A stretch of DNA of 39,202 nt from Firmicutes bacterium UBA3567 (GTDB lineage: Bacteria > Bacillota > Thermosediminibacteria > Koleobacterales > UBA3567): the NCBI GenBank assembly GCA_002376045.1, contig DFNM01000225.1, positions 1 through 39,202 on the forward strand, read 5' to 3'. Below are positions 18,282 through 27,113 of this stretch, one piece after another. The notes beneath the pieces were generated by a model. The model worked only from the letters and a program-made list of their open reading frames with translations. It made no database searches and was not told the origin of the DNA. Each line of letters begins with the position of its first letter. Within the stretch, counting starts at the first letter, position 1. The position numbers and the translations under genes are program-made.

Positions 18282-19012
18282 AAGGAAAGTTGTATATTGT
18301 AGGTCTTGGTCCTGGAGGCAAAGAGGATATGACTTTAAGGGCAGTTAAAGCCATTGAGGATTCAGATATAATAGCAGGGTATACAACTTATGTCAATCTG
18401 ATAAGGGAGATGATTCAGGGCAAAAAAGTGTTTGCTACAGGGATGATGCGGGAAAGAGAGAGGTGTGAAAAAGCTGTTTTTTATGCAGAGAGAGGCAACA
18501 GGGTTTGTGTTGTTTCCGGTGGTGATCCGGGAGTTTACGGTATGGCCGGACTGATATTGGAAATAATTGCAAAACAGAATTCTAAAATTGAAGTTGAAAT
18601 CATTCCTGGAGTAACCTCTGCTACGGCCGGAGGAGCGCTGCTGGGAGCACCCCTTATGAACGATTTTGCGGTGATAAGCTTAAGTGATCTCTTGACACCA
18701 TGGGATGTAATACAACAACGAATACAGGCAGCTACCCGGAGCGATTTTGTAATTGTTTTATACAACCCCATGAGCAAAAAAAGAAGAAAACACATCGAAA
18801 AGGCACGGGAAATAATATTAAACTACAGAAAATCCGAAACCCCCGTTGGAATCGTAAAAAATATAGGAAGGGAAGGGGAGACGGTGATTGTGACAGACCT
18901 GCAACACATGTTGGAATATCAGATCGATATGGTCACAACAGTCATCATTGGAAACAGTTCGACATTTATAAAAAATGACAGAATGATTACACCAAGGGGT
19001 TATGAGGTATGA
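18278..19012 (+). CDS. cbiH: cobalt-precorrin-3B (C17)-methyltransferase
   Basis: ATGA overlap with cbiG. LYIVGLGPGGKEDMTLRA and SGGDPGVYGMAG. Confidence 0.9.
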   Translation: MKGKLYIVGLGPGGKEDMTLRAVKAIEDSDIIAGYTTYVNLIREMIQGKKVFATGMMRERERCEKAVFYAERGNRVCVVSGGDPGVYGMAGLILEIIAKQNSKIEVEIIPGVTSATAGGALLGAPLMNDFAVISLSDLLTPWDVIQQRIQAATRSDFVIVLYNPMSKKRRKHIEKAREIILNYRKSETPVGIVKNIGREGETVIVTDLQHMLEYQIDMVTTVIIGNSSTFIKNDRMITPRGYEV

Positions 19013-19701
19013 TTTTCGTGCTTGCCGGAACTACTGAAGGGAGAAAAATAGTAAAAAGCCTGGTTGAAGAGGGAATCAGAGTTATCGCCTCTACAGCAAC
19101 ACCTTATGGAGGAGAACTGTTGGATAGCCGGTGTGAAGTGATCACCAGACCCCTTAATACCGATGATATGATACAAATCATAAAAAACCGGGGTGTGGTA
19201 GAACTTATTGATGCAACCCATCCCTTTGCCAGAAAGGTTTCCGAAAATGCAAAAAAAGCAGCGAAGTTAACAGGGATCAGCTACAAAAGGATAAACAGGG
19301 AAGAGGTAGAGGCCGGTTACGACAAAGTGATTTGTGTAGATAGTTTTCAGGAGGCTGCACAGGTGGCCAAAAAGTTTAATGGGACCGTTTTCCTTACCAT
19401 TGGCAGCAAAAACCTTGAAGCCTTTGCAATGCAGAGGAAACATTATGACAGGCTGGTTGCCCGCATACTGCCCATAAATGAATCCCTAGAAAAAGCCCGA
19501 AATCTGGGGTTTAAACCTGTAGATATTATAGCCCTTCAAGGACCTTTTAGTGTAGAATTAAATGAAACCCTTTTTAAAGAATATGATGCAGGAGTAGTGA
19601 TAACAAAGGACAGTGGTTATACAGGAGGATTGCACACCAAAATAAAGGCGGCAAAACACCTGAATATTCCTGTAATCATTATTAACAAACCCAAAATTTA
19701 A
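19009..19701 (+). CDS. cbiJ: cobalt-precorrin-6A reductase
   Basis: ATGA overlap with cbiH. IFVLAGTTEGR and IDATHPFA. Confidence 0.8.
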   Translation: MIFVLAGTTEGRKIVKSLVEEGIRVIASTATPYGGELLDSRCEVITRPLNTDDMIQIIKNRGVVELIDATHPFARKVSENAKKAAKLTGISYKRINREEVEAGYDKVICVDSFQEAAQVAKKFNGTVFLTIGSKNLEAFAMQRKHYDRLVARILPINESLEKARNLGFKPVDIIALQGPFSVELNETLFKEYDAGVVITKDSGYTGGLHTKIKAAKHLNIPVIIINKPKI

Positions 19702-19847
19702 TTTTTTTTCTTTTGATACTCCCTCTCTCCAGCAGGATTAATAGCAACCCCTCGGAAAGTTCTTTTGAAACCCTTGTTACTACTTAACTGGAAATTTTAA
19801 CGCCAAACTCAGGTTAAAACTTAAAATCAAAAAGGAGGTTTTTTAAA

Positions 19848-20897
19848 TTGGAACTGCTTAAGGAAGTTAAACACAACATTGCCGATCTCGATAGGGTATC
19901 AATGGAAAAAGCCCAACAGCGGCTCGATAATTTAACCAAACCTCCAGGAAGCCTGGGGGTGCTTGAAAAATTATGTGTACAGCTTGCAGGCATCTACAAA
20001 AACCCCATGCCTTCCATTGATAAGAAAACTGTTGTCGTAATGGCAGGTGACCATGGCGTTGTGGAAGAAGGGGTAAGCGCCTTTCCCCAGGAGGTAACAC
20101 CCCAGATGGTGGTGAACTTTTTAAAAGGTGGTGCTGCAATAAATGTGCTGTGCCGTCATGCAGGAGCTTCAATCAAATGCGTAGATATAGGGGTATGTCA
20201 GGACATCAAACATCCCCAACTCATAGTAAAAAAAGTCAAACACGGCACACAAAACATGGTCAAAGGCCCTGCCATGTCCAGAACCGAAGCCGAAAAAACC
20301 ATTGAAATAGGTATTCAAACAGCTATAACTGAAATTGAAGTCGGAGCAGACATCCTGGCCACCGGGGAAATGGGTATAGGCAACACAACTCCCAGCAGTG
20401 CCATCCTTGCCTGTTATACCGATGAACCTGTGGAAGTTATAACAGGCCGCGGCACTGGTCTGAATGATGAAAAATTAAAGCAAAAAATACAAGTTATAAA
20501 AAAGGCTCTGAGCTTAAATAAACCAGCCCCTGAAGACCCCATTGATGTGCTTTCAAAAGTGGGAGGGTTTGAAATCGGGGGATTGGCCGGCCTGATTCTG
20601 GGTGCAGCCTACAAAAGAAAACCCGTTGTAATAGATGGTTTTATTTCTTCTGCTGCTGCCCTTATAGCCGCCAAAATTCAACCAAAAGCTGTTAATTACA
20701 TGATTCCCTCCCATCTGTCAGAAGAACCCGGACACAAAATTGCCCTCAAGGTATTGGGCCTCAAACCCATGCTGCGGATGAACATGCGGCTGGGTGAAGG
20801 TACGGGTGCAGCTCTGGCTTTTAATCTAATAGAAGCTGCGGTTAAAATCATAAAAGAAATGGCAACCTTTGATGAAGCCGGGGTCTCTAAAGGATAA
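19848..20897 (+). CDS. cobT: nicotinate-nucleotide--dimethylbenzimidazole phosphoribosyltransferase
   Basis: TTG start 9 nt after AAAGGAGG (19831-19838). LTKPPGSLGVLE and GEMGIGNTT. Confidence 0.9.
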   Translation: MELLKEVKHNIADLDRVSMEKAQQRLDNLTKPPGSLGVLEKLCVQLAGIYKNPMPSIDKKTVVVMAGDHGVVEEGVSAFPQEVTPQMVVNFLKGGAAINVLCRHAGASIKCVDIGVCQDIKHPQLIVKKVKHGTQNMVKGPAMSRTEAEKTIEIGIQTAITEIEVGADILATGEMGIGNTTPSSAILACYTDEPVEVITGRGTGLNDEKLKQKIQVIKKALSLNKPAPEDPIDVLSKVGGFEIGGLAGLILGAAYKRKPVVIDGFISSAAALIAAKIQPKAVNYMIPSHLSEEPGHKIALKVLGLKPMLRMNMRLGEGTGAALAFNLIEAAVKIIKEMATFDEAGVSKG

Positions 20898-20906
20898 ATT
20901 TTTTAA

Positions 20907-20941
20907 AAACCCCGTGCCTCGAAAGGGTATGGGTTTGTTTT
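20907..20941 (+). terminator. probable terminator of the cbi/cobT unit
   Basis: Imperfect hairpin CCCGTGCC (20911-20918) / GGTATGGG (20926-20933), with two G-U pairs, flanked by AAA and TTT and followed by GTTTT. Confidence 0.55.
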
Positions 20942-21054
20942 ATCTTCATTACATACATGCTGCAATTGCAGCACCATCTGAAGAATGAAAACCACTTGAT
21001 GTCGAACTGTTTTGCTGTGACTGGCTTTTCTACAAGCCAAAGCAGAGTTAAACC

Positions 21055-21083
21055 TTGACAGCTGAAAAACGAAGAGTTATAAT
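21055..21083 (+). promoter_or_regulatory. consensus sigma-A promoter of the riboswitch-2 operon
   Basis: TTGACA (21055-21060), a 17-nt spacer, then TATAAT (21078-21083). This is a perfect consensus. Confidence 0.6.
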
Positions 21084-21130
21084 AACAAAAAGCAACATAT
21101 CAACAGACAAATTAAAAATCTCAAAAAATC

Positions 21131-21290
21131 AATAGCGTCAAGAGAAGCAGGGAAGTGTGGTGAGAATCCACCGCGGGGCCGCCACTGTGATGGGGAGCGT
21201 TTTTGTAAATGCCACTGATTTATTCGGGAAGGCACAAAAATGCGATGACCCTAAGCCAGGATACCTACCACATCCGGGTTTATCCCACGA
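21131..21290 (+). promoter_or_regulatory. cobalt/cobalamin (B12) riboswitch 2
   Basis: Core AGGGAAGTGTGGTGAGAATCCACCGCGGGGCCGCCACTGT, B12 box AATGCCACTG (21209-21218), GGGAAGGC and AGCCAGGATACCT. The exact ends and P1 are not resolved by eye. Confidence 0.85.
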
Positions 21291-21349
21291 GCCTGGGTAC
21301 ACCGGAGGACAGCAAAAAATGTGTATTGCTGTACATTTTGTGGTTCAAA

Positions 21350-21378
21350 GGCCCTATCATTTTGATAGGGCCTTTTTT
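21350..21378 (+). terminator. riboswitch-2 expression-platform terminator
   Basis: GGCCCTATC (21350-21358), loop ATTTT, GATAGGGCC (21364-21372), then TTTTTT. Confidence 0.8.
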
Positions 21379-21525
21379 AAGGCTTTACAAAATTACAGGC
21401 CCGGGGGGAAAGAACAATTTTTTCAAGGGAGCTTTGCTTCAAAATCAAAGCTTGAAAAGGAAAAGCATTGTAGAGGAAATTGACTGTTTAACAAATTAAA
21501 AAGCGAAGAGGGAGAGAATGCAAGA

Positions 21526-22665
21526 ATGAGAAATGTAATAACAAAAGAAAAAATAAACGTGTTGGTGTTGGTGGTATTGTTGGTTTTTATGCTGCTGACA
21601 GGTTGTGCTGAGCAGGCAGCTGAGAAAAAGGCTGCCGAGGAGAACGGGGCAGGTAGGTATCCGTTAACAATTACGGATTCAGCAGGTCAAACTATTACAA
21701 TAGTGAAGCCAATTGAGAGAATCGTAGTGCTCAGTGGTGGTAAACTGGAAGCGATTCGTGCTTTAGGGGCAGCAGAAAAGGTGGTCGGCATTGCCGAATC
21801 AATAAAAAAAGATACTGTAAAGTTCCCAGAACTGAGCAAAAAACCATCTGTTGGAAAATGGAAAGCTTATGATATTGAAACAATATTGGCCCTTAAACCA
21901 GATGCCGTCTTTGTATGGGCATCATACATAACTCCAGAAGAGATAAAACAAAATGAACTCGAAGCAGCGGGTATTAAAGTTATTCGTTTGGATTTTCATA
22001 AGCCAGAAACATTAAGGGAAGAAATACTTTTACTCGGTAAAATACTTGATAAAGAGGAAGAAGCGGAAGCATACATTGAATGGCACGATAAGTATATCAA
22101 TCTTGTTAAAGAGCGGGTAGCAGCGATTCCAGAAGAGGACAGGCCCAAAGTATTTGGAGAGTGGGGGCCTGGAAAGAAATTTGGCCGCAGGGCTATAGTA
22201 AGTGGAGGCATGCATGGTTTTATTACAATGGCTGGAGGTGTCAACATAGCTCATGGTCTTGTTGATAAAACCGTTGTTGATGTAGAGACAGAATGGATTT
22301 TGGCCCAAAATCCGGATGTGTATATAAAGCGCCAGCACGGTGGTGTAGGGGGATATGCAACAAATGATGTGACAAGAATGAAAAAATCTTACGAAGAGAT
22401 TATAAATCTACCAGGCTTTGCGGAACATGTTTCAGCAATAAGAAACAAGAGGGTCCATATAATTGATGATGATGCAATAAGCGGATTGGCTTATCCCGTT
22501 GGCGTTCTCTATTTAGCGAAATGGTTTCACCCTGATGTGTTTGCTGATATTGATCCCCAAGGGATCCACCAGGAAATGCTCGACAAATTTTGGCCGGGTT
22601 TTGAATTTGATGTGGCTACACAAGGTGCCTTTGTTTACCCCCCACTAGCTGGCAGTGCCAAGTAG
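21526..22665 (+). CDS. ABC transporter substrate-binding lipoprotein, TroA/BtuF-like (Peripla_BP_2-type), copy 1
   Basis: Signal peptide with lipobox LLTGC. RYPLTITDSAGQTITI...RIVVL is typical of siderophore/corrinoid-binding proteins. It is the first gene after B12 riboswitch 2. Confidence 0.8.
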   Translation: MRNVITKEKINVLVLVVLLVFMLLTGCAEQAAEKKAAEENGAGRYPLTITDSAGQTITIVKPIERIVVLSGGKLEAIRALGAAEKVVGIAESIKKDTVKFPELSKKPSVGKWKAYDIETILALKPDAVFVWASYITPEEIKQNELEAAGIKVIRLDFHKPETLREEILLLGKILDKEEEAEAYIEWHDKYINLVKERVAAIPEEDRPKVFGEWGPGKKFGRRAIVSGGMHGFITMAGGVNIAHGLVDKTVVDVETEWILAQNPDVYIKRQHGGVGGYATNDVTRMKKSYEEIINLPGFAEHVSAIRNKRVHIIDDDAISGLAYPVGVLYLAKWFHPDVFADIDPQGIHQEMLDKFWPGFEFDVATQGAFVYPPLAGSAK

Positions 22666-22820
22666 AAGCAGAATAAGTGGAATAACTGTTATCTCGGGAA
22701 TTCCTTGCCGCCACTCGAATCAAAATCAATATAGGTGGTATAAAGAGAAAAAGCAGCGATTTACAAATGCTGTGCAAGCAGCTAGACTCCTATATGGGTG
22801 GTATTAGGTGTTTAGCACTA

Positions 22821-23930
22821 ATGATAAAAGGTGGTGCAACAGCAGTGGGATCAGAATCTGTATCAAAAACAGTACTGAAGGAACAGTATACTAAATTTAT
22901 TGGAAAGAAAATTCTTTTTATTGTGGTGCTTGTGATTTTTCTCATACTGCTTATGGGTTTTGCAGCTACTCTTGGTTCTGCATCTATTACCATGAAGGAA
23001 GTTTATATTGCTATTTTACGTAGATTGTTGCCAAACTTCGCAATCAGCAAACCGTTAGAAGCTGAACTTTCAGATATAATTGTTTGGAGGCTGCGACTGC
23101 CGCGTATAATGCTCGGGGTTACAGCAGGTATGGGTCTTGCTACAGCAGGGACAGTGATGCAGGCGATTTTAAGAAATCCTTTAGCAAGCCCTTTCACTTT
23201 AGGGATTGCGTCAGCTGCCTCTTTTGGAGCAACCCTGGCTATTATTCTCGGCATAGGTTTTGGTTTTGCAGGGGGAACTTTAGTGGTGGCAAACGCCTTT
23301 ATTTTTACGATGCTTGCATCAATTATTATCTTCACCCTGGCAAACTACAAGGGAGCAACCCCTGGAATGATGATCTTAATAGGTATTGCACTAAGTTTTA
23401 CCTTTTCTGCGTCTACATCATTGCTGCAGTTTTTTGGGGACCCTGAAGAGGTAGCAGGGGTAGTTTTCTGGATGTTTGGATGTTTGGGAAGAGCGAGTTG
23501 GTCCAATGTTACAGTCATTTCTCTTGTTTTGCTGATATGCATGTCATATCTTATCTGGAAATCGAAGGAGTTTAATGTCCTGAATGCTGGAGATGAGACC
23601 GCCAAAAGCCTTGGAGTGAACGTAGAACAGCTAAGACTGGTAAGCATGTTGGTGGCTTCTTTTGTAACAGCTGTCATTATCTGTTTTACCGGTATCATCG
23701 GTTTTATCGGGTTGGTCTGCCCCCACATATGCAGGATGCTAATTGGAGGGGACAACCGCTTTCTGCTGCCGGCTTCTTGTCTTCTGGGGGCAGTTGTCCT
23801 GTTGGGGGCAGATACTGTGGCCAGGACGATTATTTCACCAGTGATTATTCCGGTAGGTATAATGACATCTTTCTTTGGGGGCCCTCTTTTCTTTTATCTT
23901 CTAATGCGCAAAAGGGAGGAGTACTGGTGA
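22821..23930 (+). CDS. FecCD/BtuC-family ABC permease
   Basis: RLPRIMLGVTAGMGLATAGTVMQAILRNPLASPFTLGI and about 9-10 TM segments. The start is uncertain: ATG 22821 lies 10 nt after AGGTG, while the ORF track starts at 22767. Confidence 0.85.
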   Translation: MIKGGATAVGSESVSKTVLKEQYTKFIGKKILFIVVLVIFLILLMGFAATLGSASITMKEVYIAILRRLLPNFAISKPLEAELSDIIVWRLRLPRIMLGVTAGMGLATAGTVMQAILRNPLASPFTLGIASAASFGATLAIILGIGFGFAGGTLVVANAFIFTMLASIIIFTLANYKGATPGMMILIGIALSFTFSASTSLLQFFGDPEEVAGVVFWMFGCLGRASWSNVTVISLVLLICMSYLIWKSKEFNVLNAGDETAKSLGVNVEQLRLVSMLVASFVTAVIICFTGIIGFIGLVCPHICRMLIGGDNRFLLPASCLLGAVVLLGADTVARTIISPVIIPVGIMTSFFGGPLFFYLLMRKREEYW

Positions 23931-24739
23931 AGCTAAAAATAACGGGAATCACCTTTAAGTATGCCAGTGAGCCTATTTTAAAAAATGTGACAATGGAACT
24001 TGGCAAGAGAGAGATATTAGGCCTGATAGGCCCGAATGGGGCTGGGAAATCAACATTGATTAAATGTATAGATAAAATATTGAAACCTCTGGGTGGGAGC
24101 ATTTTGCTGGACGGTCAGGAGATTAGAAAAATGACGAGGAGAGAGATTGCCAAACACATAGGATATGTTCCCCAGACGAGTTCAGGCTGTTTTCCTGCCA
24201 CAGTGTTTGATACGGTTCTTATGGGGCGGTATCCTCGCACAGGCTGGGGTAGCAGTGATAGGGATATTGAAAAGGTAGCAGAAGTAATGGAGCTGCTGAA
24301 AATCGAAAGATTTGCATTAAGAAATTTTAATACCCTCAGTGGAGGAGAAAAGCAAAAAGTGATGTTGGCTAGAGCATTGGCGCAAGAACCGAAGGTGCTC
24401 CTGCTTGATGAACCTACGAGCAACCTTGATATTAAACATCAGCTTGAAGTTATGGAAGTTATAAGAGATATTGTTAGATACAAAGGGATTTCGGCAGTAG
24501 TGGCGATTCATGACCTTAATTTAGCAGCGAGATATGCGGATAAGCTTGTTATGCTGCACAAAGGTGGCATTTTCGCGGGAGGTTATCCTGAAAGTGTGCT
24601 AACTTATGAAAACATAAAAAAAATTTATGGTGTTGAAGCAGAAGTGAAAAAAGGTCCTTATGGACTTTATGTGCTGCCGCTAAAGCCAGCTAGCTACAGT
24701 GCCGTAATGGAAAACCGAGTTTTTACTTCGGTAGAATAA
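23927..24739 (+). CDS. ABC transporter ATPase (FepC/BtuD-like)
   Basis: GTG at 23927 overlaps the permease stop (GTGA), with AGGGAGGA 6 nt upstream. Walker A GPNGAGKST, signature LSGGEKQ, Walker B LLLDEPTS. The ORF-track start at 23729 is an out-of-frame overlap with the permease. Confidence 0.9.
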   Translation: MKLKITGITFKYASEPILKNVTMELGKREILGLIGPNGAGKSTLIKCIDKILKPLGGSILLDGQEIRKMTRREIAKHIGYVPQTSSGCFPATVFDTVLMGRYPRTGWGSSDRDIEKVAEVMELLKIERFALRNFNTLSGGEKQKVMLARALAQEPKVLLLDEPTSNLDIKHQLEVMEVIRDIVRYKGISAVVAIHDLNLAARYADKLVMLHKGGIFAGGYPESVLTYENIKKIYGVEAEVKKGPYGLYVLPLKPASYSAVMENRVFTSVE

Positions 24740-24957
24740 AAGCTAAAAAACGACAGTATGTGGGTGTTCTGCCAACATTGCTAAGAAAAGCTGAATTTGG
24801 TGCTGCAAAATTCGGTGGTTCACGTTACGACAACGCAAAACCATTGATGAGGATTCTTCCTGTTTTAGCTTACTTCAAGCTTTTCATGCGTGTCGATGAA
24901 TGGCAGTTTTAAAGTTTTAAACCTAAGTGATCAATAGCAAAAGGAGGATGAGCAAAG

Positions 24958-26100
24958 ATGATCATGTTGAAAAAGAAGTCTGACAAATTATTATTAGTTG
25001 TAATTGCATTTGTGCTGTTGATGTTTGGAGCTGTAAGTTGCACAATGCAACAGGCCAAACATGACACACCATCTGAAACAGAGGGGGGAGTTCGGTATCC
25101 ATTAACAATTACTGATTCGGCTGGGAAAACAGTTGTGCTGGATGGGCCTGTTGAGAAGGCTGTTGTGTTGAACAGCAGAGTAGCAGAAGCAATGCGTCTC
25201 CTTGGTGTGCAAGACAGGATTATCGCAGTCAGTGATTCAATAATAGAAAGCTGTAAACAGTTTCCAATGCTTAGCAAAAAACCTTCAATTGGCAGTGGTT
25301 TGAGGCCGTGTGTTGAGACGATTGTTAGCTTTAAGCCGGATGTAGTTTTTGCGTGGGTGAGGCGCCCTGACCCTAAAGTGCTGCAGGAAGATGAATTAGA
25401 AGCGGCAGGTATAAAGGTTATTCGCCTCGACCTTTATAAAGCAAAGACACTGCTGGGGGAAATAAAAATACTTGGGGAAATATTTGACAGAAAAGCAGAG
25501 CTGGAAGCGTATATTGATTGGCATGATAAGTACATAAATTTGATCAAGAGCAGAGTAGCGACAATTTCAGAAGAAGATAGAGTGAGAGTCTTTATAGAAT
25601 CGGATGGCGCAGGAAAAAATCCTGGCACACGCAGGGCAATGGGTGGTCGTTCAGGAATACAGGAGCTTGTGACAATAGCAGGTGGTATAAACATAGCGGC
25701 CGACTACATTCCCAAGACCAGTGGAGATGTAGAAACAGAGTGGATTTTGGCTGAAAATCCTGATGTGATTATTGGCCGGGAAATGAGGCGAGCTGGCGGG
25801 TTTGAAACAAATGACCCTGCCGACATGAGAGAACATTACCAAGAGATAAAGGAATTACCGGGTTTTGCTGAAAAAGTAAAAGCAGTGGTTAATAACAGGG
25901 TTTACATAATCAGCTCGGATGTTGTGGGTGGTCCAGCACTTCCGGTCGGTGCAGCATACTTGGCGAAATGGTTCTATCCCGAAAAATTTGAAGATTTGGA
26001 TCCTCAGGCAATTCATCAAGAGTACATAGACAAATTCTGGGGAGGTATTAGCTATGATGTAACGGCAGAAGGTGTTTTTGTGTATCCTCCGCAAAAATAA
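24958..26100 (+). CDS. ABC transporter substrate-binding lipoprotein, TroA/BtuF-like, copy 2 (paralog of 21526..22665)
   Basis: AAAGGAGGA RBS and lipobox GAVSC. It shares long blocks with copy 1: RYPLTITDSAG, ELEAAGIKVIRLD, WHDKYINL, DVETEWILA, LPGFAE, YLAKWF, FVYPP. Confidence 0.8.
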   Translation: MIMLKKKSDKLLLVVIAFVLLMFGAVSCTMQQAKHDTPSETEGGVRYPLTITDSAGKTVVLDGPVEKAVVLNSRVAEAMRLLGVQDRIIAVSDSIIESCKQFPMLSKKPSIGSGLRPCVETIVSFKPDVVFAWVRRPDPKVLQEDELEAAGIKVIRLDLYKAKTLLGEIKILGEIFDRKAELEAYIDWHDKYINLIKSRVATISEEDRVRVFIESDGAGKNPGTRRAMGGRSGIQELVTIAGGINIAADYIPKTSGDVETEWILAENPDVIIGREMRRAGGFETNDPADMREHYQEIKELPGFAEKVKAVVNNRVYIISSDVVGGPALPVGAAYLAKWFYPEKFEDLDPQAIHQEYIDKFWGGISYDVTAEGVFVYPPQK

Positions 26101-26156
26101 ATTAAAAGAATGTATTGAAGAGGTGTTATGACTGCCTGAAAGGTTGGTAGATCAGC

Positions 26157-27113
26157 ATGGAACTGTTGGTAAGAGTTTTGGAACGTGTAGTTAGTTTTTC
26201 GGCGAATGCTTTACTGCGCATGATTCCCGCTCTCGTGGTGTGTAATGTTGTGCTGGAAATGGGGCTGTTGAAAAGACTTATGCCTGTGGCAAAAAGGTTT
26301 ACCATGCTTGCCCACCTGCCACCAGAGGCTTCAATACCTTTTATTTCCAGTTTTGGATCAGGCTATGCCGGTGGAGCGATAGTGGTCAACCTTTATGAAA
26401 AAAAAGTGCTGGATGAACGCCAAGCTGTTCTTGTCGCTATGACACTTTCGATTCCCGTTTTTTTTCGTGAATTTGTGAGCATATTCCTGCCTGTTGCAGT
26501 ATCAATTCTAGGGGGGAAACTGGGTTTTTTATATCTAGCCATACGCTTTTTGGTAATCGCTGTAAAAACGCTGTTTATAATTTGGTGGGGGAGAAGATAT
26601 CCGGCTCAAAACTGGAGCAACCTAGAAGAAGATGAAATGAAAAAGGAAAGGGAAAACCTGGTGGAAAAAATCAAAGCAGGTCTAAAAAGTTCTTACAGGC
26701 CGTTAAAACGGATCGCTTTGACTATTCCAACTGCTGCTTTTTTTGTTTTCTTGCTGAAAGAGCTAGGAGTTTTTAGCTACCCTGCAGAAGCAATAGCGAA
26801 CCTGGGAATTCCGAGTTATGCTGTTCCTCCTGTTATCTGTTATGTTGCTTCACCCATGGCAGGGCTTTCTATGCTAGCAGCTCTTTATCAGGAAGGCAGC
26901 CTTGTCTTGCTAGAAGCTCTCACAGTGATGCTCTTAGGATCTCTCTTACATTTGCCAGTAATAATGCTGCGATTTGCTGCTACGTACTACTTGAGCATAT
27001 ATGGTCCAAAGCTGGGGACGAAAATACTATTCTTATCTTTTGGAATATCGGCCTTTGTTTATGTGGTATGTCTTTTGTTAGTATTATGCTTTCAAATCCA
27101 AAGGGGGAAATGA
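26157..27113 (+). CDS. polytopic integral membrane protein (about 8-9 TM, two hydrophobic halves; possibly a nucleoside-recognition/Gate-domain type transporter)
   Basis: Hydrophobic segments flank a charged central loop (RRYPAQNWSNLEEDEMKKERENLVEKIK). The stop overlaps the cbiZ start (ATGA). The family call is tentative and made from memory. Confidence 0.5.
   Translation: MELLVRVLERVVSFSANALLRMIPALVVCNVVLEMGLLKRLMPVAKRFTMLAHLPPEASIPFISSFGSGYAGGAIVVNLYEKKVLDERQAVLVAMTLSIPVFFREFVSIFLPVAVSILGGKLGFLYLAIRFLVIAVKTLFIIWWGRRYPAQNWSNLEEDEMKKERENLVEKIKAGLKSSYRPLKRIALTIPTAAFFVFLLKELGVFSYPAEAIANLGIPSYAVPPVICYVASPMAGLSMLAALYQEGSLVLLEALTVMLLGSLLHLPVIMLRFAATYYLSIYGPKLGTKILFLSFGISAFVYVVCLLLVLCFQIQRGK

Noticed and set aside
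20959-20972. Perfect 14-bp palindrome GCTGCAATTGCAGC upstream of the riboswitch-2 promoter
   Set aside because: A perfect palindrome with 7-bp half-sites is expected roughly twice by chance in about 39 kb. It lies about 85 nt upstream of the -35 and no second copy was seen, so this is not enough to call an operator.
21157-21499. Two overlapping + strand ORFs of 108 and 96 aa
   Set aside because: They lie entirely within riboswitch 2 and its terminator. They have no RBS and a low-complexity, unconserved-looking translation, so they are ORF-track artefacts of a structured leader.
23729-23926. Long upstream start for the ABC ATPase, overlapping the permease by 200 nt
   Set aside because: That region is the out-of-frame 3' end of the permease gene. 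The GTG at 23927, with AGGGAGGA upstream, gives the usual MKLKITGITFKY ATPase N-terminus.
27068-27109. Upstream start of cbiZ inside the membrane-protein gene
   Set aside because: The ATG at 27110 follows AAGGGGG and forms an ATGA coupling with the upstream stop. The extra 14 residues are the other frame of the membrane protein's C-terminus.
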